NCBI RefSeq assembly: GCF_006345805.1
Contig: NC_043015.1
Span: 15,066,001 to 15,130,000, forward strand
From: Octopus sinensis
Lineage: Eukaryota
DNA length: 64,000 nucleotides
Direction of reading: 5' to 3'
The first letter of the stretch is position 1; the number at the start of each line of letters is the position of its first letter. Made by a program: the position numbers and the translations under genes. Under the pieces are notes generated by a model. It saw nothing but the letters and a program-made list of their open reading frames with translations. It did not search any database and was not told the DNA's origin. This document shows, one piece after another, positions 28,537 to 39,061 of this stretch.

Positions 28537-29838
28537 CTAGCTTAAGGTGACCTGCTCTATGCACAGGTAAGAGTGTGGTTGTTACTTTCTGTTGCTTCCT
28601 TTCTGCTTCTATCACCACATTCTCCCTCTTTGTTTCTCTCTCCTTTCTCTCCCACTTTCCCACTCTCTTACTCTTCCTTTCTCTCGGACTCTCCCTCGCT
28701 TTCTCTTACTCTCTATCTTTCTCTATCTCTCTCTCTCCCATTTATAAACAACAAAACATCTTGAGTAAGTTGAGAAAGAAATAGTTTGAAAGATCAATCA
28801 TAAATATCAGGCAGTGACAACGGAAAGGCCTGCTTCAAGGCAGACAGCAAAACACTAACATTTAAAAGGGACAGACAAACTTGCAAGCTGAATAAAAATT
28901 AAAAAATATTGGAAACCAAAGTTTGAAGGGATAGAATCTGAGTATAGTAGAGTCATCATAGCTGGCACTTCTTAAAGACGGACAGCAACGTAGTGGCAGT
29001 TTAACGGCTGGTGTAAAATTTTGAACTTGATGTAAAAGAAAATTCCTAAACACCAAGTTTTGAAGTGATTCTTTCTCACGACAGTAGACTCACCATGGCA
29101 AGTATTCAAAACTTCATCATGGACAGCAACACATTGACGATTTAAAGGCTGGCGCAAATTTTTTAGCTTGATGTAACCAAGAATTCCTAACCACCTACTC
29201 CTGTAAATTTTAATCCCCTTCCAGCCCCATTTAGACCCCTTTTCACATTTTTGTTAATATAACCCGATTTCATTTGGGTCTACTCGGGCCACATTTTATA
29301 AGATGAGGAATTTTGTCCTAGAGGTCAAGCTTTTCATTTGAGGAAAAAAATAGTTACCATGCAAACTCGCCAGCACTTTTAACATAGGTGTGCATATTTT
29401 CAGCTCAACCGACCACATAATGCACACATTATATATATATATATAGCCATTAAATATATATATGTACATATATACACATTATATATATGTGTGTGTATGT
29501 ACACATTATATATACAAATGTATACAAATTATATATATATATATACATGTATATATATAAATACAGATATATATACTTTGTATATATACATTATATATAC
29601 ATATTTATATATAGAACACACACACACACATATAAACCCAATAAATATCTGATTCATAATATTTGTTCTCATGATTGTGTGGCGTGGTGGCGATGATAAT
29701 TCTCTCTATTAATGCAGACAGACGGAGAGAGAGAGAGTGTGACAACGCTGGCGAAGGCAGTGGGGGAAAGATAGTAGACGCTGTCAAACGACGTTATAGA
29801 GAGAAAGTGAAAGGAAGGGATGAAAGAGAGAGAGATGG
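28537..29838 (-). mobile_element. 5'-truncated copy of the same Helitron family in intron 1
   Basis: Reverse-complement match to 38656-40052. Hairpin acctgtgcatagagcaggt, 9-nt spacer, then CTAG|T at 28537-28540. Confidence 0.75.
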
Positions 29839-30014
29839 AACAAAAATCTGGCAAGCAAGCACTTCACTTCTGTACTCTAGGCATAACATGTCAGTACTCG
29901 AGACTGACACAACCAGAAACTGATGTGCCCACACAACATTAGTTTTCATCGGGAAAATATAAAGTCTGATACTCTTTGAATGCACTTTGTATATATAAGA
30001 AGGTGTTTGTGTGT

Positions 30015-30195
30015 GTGTGTGAGAGTGTAAAAGGCACTCATACACTCTGTGGAGTGTTTGGCATTAGGAAGAGCATCCAGCTGTAGAAACCAAGCCAAAA
30101 CAGACAAGAGCCTGGTGCAGCTCTTCAGCTTATCTGTTCTACTCAAACCATCTAACCCATGCCAGCATGGAAAACAGATGCTAAATGATGATGAC
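30015..30195 (+). mobile_element. RTE-type 3' end fragment with (ATG)n tail
   Basis: ggcattaggaagagcatccagctgtagaaacc...ccatgccagcatggaaaacagatgctaaatgatgatga. Confidence 0.7.
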
Positions 30196-30629
30196 ATATA
30201 CACACATACACAAGCACAAATACACACATGATCATATGACTGTCTTCTGCACAGTTTCCATTTACCAGATTTTATGCACAGACTATGCGCAAAGCTATGG
30301 TGAAAGATATTTCTCTAAGCTGCAATACAATGGGATCACAGTCTGGAATCACATGGTTGTAAAGTAAATTGCTTAAGTACCAGTCAAACCCGCAACTATT
30401 GATCCCAATCAAATTATGCGGCAACTGCTTCATATACTTATTAATGTTAAAATTGTGATCACCTTCCAATATCAACAGGCAGATAGAATTATGGATTACA
30501 TAAATAATTTCATTTTTAATGATTAGTGTAAAGAATAAACTCGTGCATTTGTAAACATGGGGTCAAGTGAAGTCTTATGAATATAATGTGAAACACAGAG
30601 AGAAAGAGATGTATATATATCTGTCTGCC

Positions 30630-30858
30630 TGTCTGTCTTGATAGATAGATAGATAGATAGATAGAAGGATAGATAGACGGATAGATAAACAGATAGATGG
30701 AGAGTTATAAAGACAGACAGACAGAAAGATAGACAGACAGAAAGATAGACAGATAGAAAGATAGACAGATAGAAAGATAGACAGACAGAAAGATAGAAAG
30801 ATAGAAAGATAGACAGACAGACAGATAGACAGACAGACAGACAAACAGATAGATAGAC

Positions 30859-30895
<37 letters not shown>
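30630..30895. repeat. (AGAT)/(AGAC)/(AGAA)n compound tetranucleotide microsatellite
   Basis: Directly visible; a related run lies at 31805-31895. Confidence 0.95.
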
Positions 30896-31802
30896 TGTTT
30901 CTTTATTAGCCACACAGGGCTGAACACAAAGGGGACAAATTACAAAGAAGAGCTTTTCTTTTTGGAGATAAAAATTTATCTCCAAAAAGAAAAGCTCTTC
31001 AAAGCTCTTCAAAAGTGGGTTGGTTTTCGTTCAAAAGGGATCGTAAATGGAAAGAAAGAGAAAAGCAAAAGAAAAAAAGGAAAAACAAAGAAGAAAAAAA
31101 GTAAAAAGAAAAAATCGATCAATAGGGATCGTTATCACAGAAATGTCAATGTAAAGTGTAAAAGGGAAGACAGGTGAGGTTTACCCATGGAAAGAAAAGC
31201 CTACAGAAAAGACCACGGTAACCTCGGTCAATGAAGTCACATGTTATATTTTTTTACAAATAAGCAACTCTCTGTATTAATTTTTACGGTTCATAGGATC
31301 ATAGTCAAGGTGGCTTCATCATTCATACGTGCCATCCTTGCTACAGTCACCCATCTTTTTTTAAAACATTTACTAGACAAAACTTGCCTCTCTACTTTCA
31401 ATTTCCTTTTCAAGTGATACTTGAAGAAGTTGATGAGAGATTGACCAGAGAGGAAAGTGTTTGTCTCTAATCCTTTCAGGCGCATCCACCAGATACATTC
31501 TTTCGCCATAGCCACAAGTATGATAAAAAATAGCTCTTCCTTCCCGTTTGAAGGAAGGAGGCGTGATGATATTAATGATAGACTTGGCTGATAAACCGAC
31601 TCATCCCACACGTGACAGCAGTCATTCGACATAAGCCCACAGGTCGGAGATTGTTGGACACTGCACGATTGTGTGCAGAACGGTTTCGTCGCTCAGACCG
31701 TATCTCGGGCAGGTTGGCCCCGAGTTTCTCAAGCCATGCCTATAGAGCTTATCCCGAATGGGTAGCACTTCTCGGCAGCACTGCCAGGCCAGGGATCTCT
31801 GG
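30896..31802 (-). mobile_element. 3' portion of a Tx1/L1-clade LINE (zf-RVT region) between (AGAT/AGAC)n runs
   Basis: Translates SLAWQCCREVLPIRDKLYRHG...TCPRYG..DETVLHTIVQCPTISDLWAYVE, the zf-RVT signature, with stops downstream. Confidence 0.75.
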
Positions 31803-32155
31803 CCAGAGATAGATAGATAGACAGACAGACAGATAGATAGACAGACAAATAGATAGATAGACAGACAAATAGATAGACAGACAGATAGATAGATAACATC
31901 CACTTTTCCATGCATACATGGATTAGATGGAATTTGTTGAGACAGATTTTCTATGTCTGAATGCCCTTCCAGTTGCCAACTCTCACCTGTTTCCAAGTAA
32001 GGTAATATTTCCCCATTTCCAAACATATTTTTCACAGAGGACTGGAGCAAGGGTACATTCAACTCATACTCTCCCCCCATATATATTATGAATTAATTGC
32101 ATGGCAATTTTTAACATTTATGTATTAGTCTTGTTATATGTGTATATGTATATTA

Positions 32156-32220
<65 letters not shown>

Positions 32221-32338
32221 TTTGCAATTAAGGACAACTACTTAATAAGGAAAACTTAACAAGAAATTGTCAGGTAGATAGCGTAAAAACCTCATAAGAG
32301 AAAAAATTTCGAAAATAATTATTTCTTATTGAACATAT

Positions 32339-32712
32339 TAATTTATATATAGAGGGCATAATTATACATACATGCCAGGAGGCATTATATATACCTGCCA
32401 AACGCTAAGAGGGACAATCAGTCATTTCTACCAAAAATATTACTAATCCCACCGAATGCAATCTTTCAAAGTAAGACATTTAAAAATATATAGGCCTGTA
32501 TCACAGTGATTTCATACTTACGTAATCATCAGCAGGCCTGAATGTATTATAAATAAACAACGACCTTTTAAATGTCTTACTTTGAAAGATTGCATTCGGT
32601 GGGATTAGTAATATTTTTGGTAGAAATGACTGATTGTCCCTCTTAGCGTTTGGCAGGTATATATAATGCCTCCTGGCATGTATGTATAATTATGCCCTCT
32701 ATATATAAATTA
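32339..32712. repeat. Perfect 147-bp inverted repeat (arms 32339-32485 and 32566-32712) with an 80-bp spacer carrying the hammerhead; probably Penelope pLTR-derived
   Basis: Base-by-base comparison of the arms shows no mismatch. Confidence 0.95.
32492..32539 (-). ncRNA. Type I hammerhead ribozyme motif in tetraspanin intron 1 (sense strand)
   Basis: Minus strand: aggcctg-CTGATGA-ttac gtaa gtat-GAAA-tcactgtga-TA|caggcct. 7-bp stem I, GTAA-capped stem II with a U.U at its closing position, stem III ATCAC-T-GTGAT. Predicted cleavage between 32499 and 32498. Confidence 0.72.
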
Positions 32713-32834
32713 TATATATATATATATATATGATGGGCTTCTTTCAGTTTCTATCTACCAAATCTACTCATGAAGCTTTGGTAGATCTGAGGCTACAGTA
32801 GAAGACACTTACCAAACATACTGGAAAAATGGGA

Positions 32835-32873
<39 letters not shown>

Positions 32874-33869
32874 AGAAAATGACAAGAGAGATGTGAATAA
32901 CTGTAAATAATAAATGGATAAATCTGAGAATCAATTTCGTGCTTGTTCACATCTGTTACACTAATTAATATGTAACAAAAAACATTTGATTATATTTTGA
33001 TTAAAATCTCTTTATTAATAACCAAACAAATAACTTTGGTATGTAGCTGCTTTTTAACCCCAAGTCAACCATCATATTGTAGACCTTTCCTCAAAGACAC
33101 TCCAGCATGACTATCCTGTCTTTATGTATATCAACATTGTCAAATGTACCCCCACATTTTTTTTTTTTTAGATAGGTGTCATTTGTGAGATGTTCACTTG
33201 TTATTTCAACCACATCACTGGCTTTATAACATTAACATCCACATATAATAATTAGCTGGAGTTTGTCACACTAATGAGATAATTGTATGTAGGAGGTTAT
33301 TAGACAACAAATTGAAAGTGTGTGACAGTTGGAGATGTAAAATTAACACTAGCAGAAGGGTGAGATGTTTACCTCACTACTCTGACGTTTTTACTTTCAT
33401 TTTCGTTTTAATATATTACATGATATTGAATATATTTTCTTAAAAAGAAAGAAAAAATTTCATTTGAACACTTGTGCTATTTTCAATAATCAATACAACT
33501 GTCATTTGATGACACGGTTACACTAGTTATTTTATACCAGGTCAATAAGACTAACCAAAGATAAACTATATTGACACTTATATGCCATGAAGAGCTTACT
33601 TTCATTTTGATTTGGAAAATGTCAATGATAGAAAATGTTATGGTGAAGAGGAGCCTAATGATAACAGTGGTTAACAACCAAAATATTTGTGATTATTTAC
33701 CAAATAAAGTGAGGCCTGAGTAACTGAATAAACAACTTCAAGTGATATTTTGTTGCTAATAGATAATCAATAAGAAGATAAACAGATGTTACCACACTGT
33801 TCAAATATCAAATTCTATCTTTCAATATGTTTAGTGTAAAGATATGTACCTATTGAATTATATTTTGAA

Positions 33870-34830
33870 AGGAGAGAAGACTGCAGGAGGGAAGGACAGA
33901 GAGAAGAAAGAAAAGAAAAAGAGAAGTTGAGGACTGAAGATGATTTATAACAAACTGAATTAAGTATGATCAAGAAACTGAGACGAGGCAAGATATAGAA
34001 GAAAATATGAAGGGGGCAGAAAAAAGAGAGTGAAAGGGTAGAGAAAGCAAGAAAGAATAAAAGCGAGGTGGGGTGAGAACAGAAGTAGGTAAGGAAGAGT
34101 TAAGGGAAAGAAAGAGAGAAGAATGAAATAAGGAAAAAGAGACAAAGAGAGAGAGAGAGAGAGAATGTAGTGGATGAGAAGGAAAGATAAAGAAAGAGAG
34201 AGAGAAAGAGAGACTGGTGAAAAGTGATGGCAGTAAAGAGAAGGTTACTGAAGGGTGCGATAGAGAAAGAGTGAAAAGAGAGATGGGTAAAGGGAAAGAA
34301 ACGGATAAAAGAACAGAGATAATGTTATTAAGGAGATGGGGGATAAAAGAATTGAAAAATATGGATAAGTTGAAGGAGAAGAGAGAAACTAGTGAAAGAG
34401 AAGACGTGGAAATAGAGGGACAACGAGAAATGAAATACAGGAGATGGAAAGAAATAGAAAGAGGGATGAAAGAGAAGGAACATGATAGAAAGCGGGGATG
34501 AATGAAAGAAGAGATGGGAGGAGAGACATGAAAGAATGAAAGAAGAAGAAATGCGGCGAAAGATGGATGAAAGAAGAGAAAAAATACGAAGAGCAAAAAT
34601 GGGGAAGGAAAGAAAGAAAATGGAAGTTGTTCTGTATGGCGATGCAGGAAAATGAGAAACGAGGCGATTTAGATGGAGTGAAGCTGAGAGACTGTCACAG
34701 ACGAGACTACAATGAGAAGAGACGTAACAGATGAGTAGAGAGTAAAGGAAGCTTCTAGTGACAATGATAATAATGAATGAGACAGAGAAAAAGAAACGGG
34801 TCAAGAGAGCTTGATACTGAACGAGAATAA
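33870..34830. repeat. ~1-kb purine-rich (A/G) low-complexity tract in intron 1
   Basis: Strong A/G bias on the + strand; produces spurious E/K/R and F/L/S ORFs. Confidence 0.9.
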
Positions 34831-35746
34831 TTACCAGTGTATACATATATTGTACTTTGAAGTATTCTAAAGAGAAGGACACCAGATTAGTCTTCTAGGA
34901 GTATTTTTTAAAATAAACACATACATTATGCTTTATGCATTTTAGTACTTTGCCTTAAATTGTGCTACTTTCCCTCTTTTGAGAGGGAAACATGCGACAA
35001 TGTGTGTGTACATGTATATATCTGAAAGAAAAATGTGTCTCCTTCAGCCGAATCATAATCGATCATAATGATTTAATAACATAATGTTGTCATATTTATC
35101 GGAAATGAAAGTGCAAGACAACAGGTGACTGAATAAACAAAACAAAAATTCGGCGCGAATGTCTGATTGACAGACACAAGTTTCAGAGAACTAAGTGTCA
35201 TTTTTCCAGCAATATCATCCGACAATTATGTTAATGCTATTTATACGTTCGTTTACAAGAGAAAACCAGCCAGTATCGGCAAATAAGCGCAGTTGTGAAG
35301 GCTACGAATGTCAAACATGAATGAATATGAAACACACACACATTTGAATGAACATAGACACACCCTCATATACATAGACATGTAACTTCATTTTAAATAA
35401 ATCTATATTTAATATCAATTTTCAAATAGAGTAAATTGGAAAGAAAATTAACCATTTATTCTGAAATAAAAGTTATTCTAATAAGTAATATTTGTTTTCC
35501 TAAACGAAGAACTATAGCACTATGTTATACTTCTGAAATTACGTCTCAGAATTGGTTTCAATCAAAGACAATCGAGCGAACCTATATTAGAATAAATTGA
35601 TAGTTTATTAAACACTAGCAAACAAGCAGGGGTTTTTTTTAAGGTGCAACATCGATAGTAACAACAACGATGAAAAACTGATATTTAGTGATACAAACTG
35701 GTTGATACAACATAAGATTAAAGACGTCTGTATCATGGTTACTTAC

Positions 35747-35839
35747 CCAAAACATGAAGTTGAAAACCATAAGTAACGTTTTCATACAAGTCACCACTGG
35801 AGCCGACACCATAGCTGACTGCATCCGATTTTTAGACAT
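35747..35839 (-). CDS. TSPAN7: Tetraspanin-7-like (TSPAN6/7 family), first coding exon: MSKNRMQSAMVSAPVVTCMKTLLMVFNFMFW
   Basis: 93 nt, ending TGG|GTAAGT (donor 35741-35746). PVVTCMKTLLMVFNFMFW|ITG matches the TSPAN6/7 N-terminus and TM1 (human TSPAN7 PVITCLKTLLIIYSFVFWITG, from memory). Orthology to TSPAN7 rather than TSPAN6 is not resolved. Confidence 0.9.
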
Positions 35840-36559
35840 TGTGCAACAAACGAAATGGTAAACTGAAGATAAGTAAAAAGGAAGTCCGACCTACAAAACT
35901 ACCAGCTGTCAAATTACGGACTGTAAAGCAAAGCAGTTTGCCTTCAATTAAAAAAAAAAAGAAAGACAAGCAGAAAAAAGACTGCAGAGAGTACGCATGC
36001 GCCAGGGCTTGAGGCAAGATGCTTGTTGCAGCTGCAATTACAGCATAAATTCCCAGTAGTTTTAAATGTAGATGCTAAGTTTTCCGGACAACTACTTAAG
36101 TAAAATAAGTCTGAATGGAAATAATCTTTAAAACAAGTTAACGTCTTCATATCACCACCACCACCATCATCATTTTTCTCGAGTCAACAGGGGAGACTTA
36201 ATGTGATAACTCGATTTGCTTGAAATGGCAGCAATTCAAATCGTTATCTACTGTCTTTAAGAAAAGAAAGAACACATTAGATAATGTAGTCCAAGATGTC
36301 ACTAAATTGACGGGATGGTCACAGTTGGGATATTGTTTGATCACAAGTCTGCTAAAATGGTGACGACCTAGAGTTACAACGCTCATCAATTCTCTAAATT
36401 TATTCTAATTACTTATGCGTTAAGGTTCATGAACTTCACAATAAAACATTTTTAGGTAACTTAGAAACAATATGGAAAGACATTCTGATTATTTTGTCGA
36501 TTAAGTATTCAATTTCCACCTTTATTATTTTCCTTCCCTCATTTCTTGCTCCAGTGTTT

Positions 36560-36850
36560 CATTCTTCTCTCTCTCTCTCTCTCTGTTTGTCTGTCTGTCT
36601 GTCTGTGTCTCTCTGTTTGTCTGTCTCTTTCTCTCTCTCTCGCTTCCTGTTTTTCTGTCTTTCTCTCTCTCTCACACACACAATCTTGTTTTCTTCTTCT
36701 TCTTCGTTTTTTTCTTCTTCTTCGTTTTCTTCTTCTTCTTCTTCTTCTTCTTCTTCTTCTTCTTCTTCTTCTTCTTCTTCTTCTTCTTCTTCTTCTTCTT
36801 CTTCTTCTTCTCCTTCTACTTCTTCTTCCTCTGCTTTTCTCTCTCTCTAT
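36560..36850. repeat. Compound (CT)/(CTGT)/(TTC)n pyrimidine tract upstream of the ATG exon
   Basis: Pure TTC run of about 28 units at ~36727-36811. Confidence 0.95.
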
Positions 36851-37361
36851 AAAAAATAACTCAGTAAATACATTTCTTTACATGAACATATTGGAAAGTA
36901 GAATTTTGATATTTCTACTGTGTATTCTACTATGGTAACATCTGCTATTGTTTTATTGATTACCAATTAACAGTGAAATACCACTTCAAGAAGTTGTTTA
37001 CTTGCATATTCAGCCCATTGCCTACTTGGTAAATTAACACAAATATTTTCATTACTAACCACCATTCTCTCAATTTCATTTTATTTGCTTTGATTTTTTT
37101 CCTTGCTGAAAATTTTTTATCTTAAATATTTACAAGTCAAAGACAATAGGAAATACTTCTGAGAAACTTTAGCATGTTTCTGGAAATATAGTGTTAAAAA
37201 CTGGTGACTTTCATACTGACTTAGTATTGTAAATGTCAGTAATTTGTTTTGTTATTAGTTGTTGTTGCTGTTTTACTCAGAATCAACCCTGATTGAATAT
37301 AACCTATGTTGAAAGGCAATTGAGCTATGGCCAGCCTATCTTTGGTTCAGACATAATGTCT

Positions 37362-37534
37362 TTTACTTGTTTCTGTCATTAGACTGCAGCTGTGCTGTAG
37401 TACCACCTTCATGAATTTGTAGTCAAGTGAATCAACTCCAGTACTTATTTTTTCTTAAGCCTGATACTTATTCTGTTGGTCTCTTTAGCTGAACTGCCAA
37501 GTTACATGGATGTAAACACACTAGCACCAGTTGT

Positions 37535-37585
<51 letters not shown>

Positions 37586-37755
37586 TATAATGAGCTTCTT
37601 CCATTTTTCATCTATCAAATCCACTCACATGGCTTTGGTTGGACCAAAGCTATAGTAGAAAACACTTGCCCAAGGTGCCATGCAGTGGGACTGAACCCAG
37701 AACCATGTTGTTAGGCAGCAAGCTTCTTACCACATAGCCATGCCTGTGCCTGTAT
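37362..37755 (-). mobile_element. Full-length copy of the microsatellite-bearing SINE, here with (CA)n inside
   Basis: Reverse-complement similarity to 4770-5200 on both sides of the (CA)n run. Confidence 0.8.
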
Positions 37756-38420
37756 AGAAATAGTTAACCAATGTATACTTTTCTTTCTCAAGACAAATTT
37801 GTCAAGTGGTATGCATAGCATACCGCACTATTTAGCCCCACTAACCTGAGTTCACACTATTGCAAGAATTCTGAAAGACCCCTGGCCTGAAAATAAATGA
37901 TTCCTTATACCTTATACCTTTTGTAGTACCACTGTTATCAGAAGGTACAAGTGGAGAAGGGACTCCACCAGATAGGATGGGTTCACAGCTTGTGAATAAA
38001 ACCTTGAGCGATGCACCAGCTGGCTTATAATCTTGAATCCTTCTTTCCAGGCTTGTGTCTGATACCCCCCTGAGGAAAGGAATTCAAGAGACCTACCTGT
38101 GACTACTGGCTTCCAGGGATTGATGTAGCAATTGCAGACTCTCTTGAGTTGTCTTCATTCTGCCTTCTCTCTTGGAAAGCTACATGAAAATGAAAATTGA
38201 GCAAATTAAGAAACAAATCTACTGGACAATTCCCACATGAATCTCAGTCTAACGTAGACACCCCACCACCACCAATAATCTACTACTAACCTTTTATTCC
38301 CTTCTGAGCGACTTAGTTTCATCCTCCACCTCTAACACATCACTGCTGCCCAGGCTATACCCCTTATTCCAACTTCGCACTGGAAAGCGATATCTACAGA
38401 TATACATACATACATTCATA

Positions 38421-39019
38421 TCAATATCTATAAATCTGAAATGCGAAAAGTTTGTTTGTCTGGTTTTGGCATTGGAACGGGTTAAAGGCCACTAGATCCC
38501 GTCAGATTGACTCCAAAATTTACAAGGACATGTAAAATGAGGTGAGGATGTGAGTGGGCTAGGTTAGAAATCCTTATCTTAAAAGATGTCATTACTAGGG
38601 CAAAAAACGCACACTTTGACAAGTCTCTTCTCATTCTCTTATCTGCATGTCTTCCTCCGTCTCTCTCTGTTTCCTCCCTTCCCATCACTTTCTCTGTATA
38701 ACGACGTTTGACAGATACTACTATCTCCCCACCCGTCCCCGGTGCATTTGCCAGTGCTGTCCCTCTTTTCCCCACCGCCTCCCTCTCTTTCTCTCTCTCT
38801 CTACGTCTGTCTGTCTACATTCATAGAGAGTTTTATTATCACCACCACAACCACCACACAATCATGAGAACAAATATTATGAATCAGATATTTATTGGGT
38901 TAATTTATATATATGTGTGTGTGTGTTCTATATATAAATATGTATATATAATGTATATATACAAAGTGTATATATCTGTATTTATATATATATATATTAT
39001 ATATATATATATATATATG

Positions 39020-39061
<42 letters not shown>

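Noticed and set aside
33970-34882. 208-, 184- and 94-aa ORFs
   Set aside because: Artefacts of the purine-rich low-complexity tract.
36882-36934. Signal-peptide-like MNILESRILIFLLCILLW followed by GTAACA on + (possible divergent gene)
   Set aside because: AT-rich DNA readily yields hydrophobic peptides, and I found no compatible downstream exon. The same applies to MTFQKVPCFLFAVLLISITMYFG near 56182-56239.
36494-36938. Poly-Ser / poly-Leu ORFs
   Set aside because: Translation of (TTC)n.
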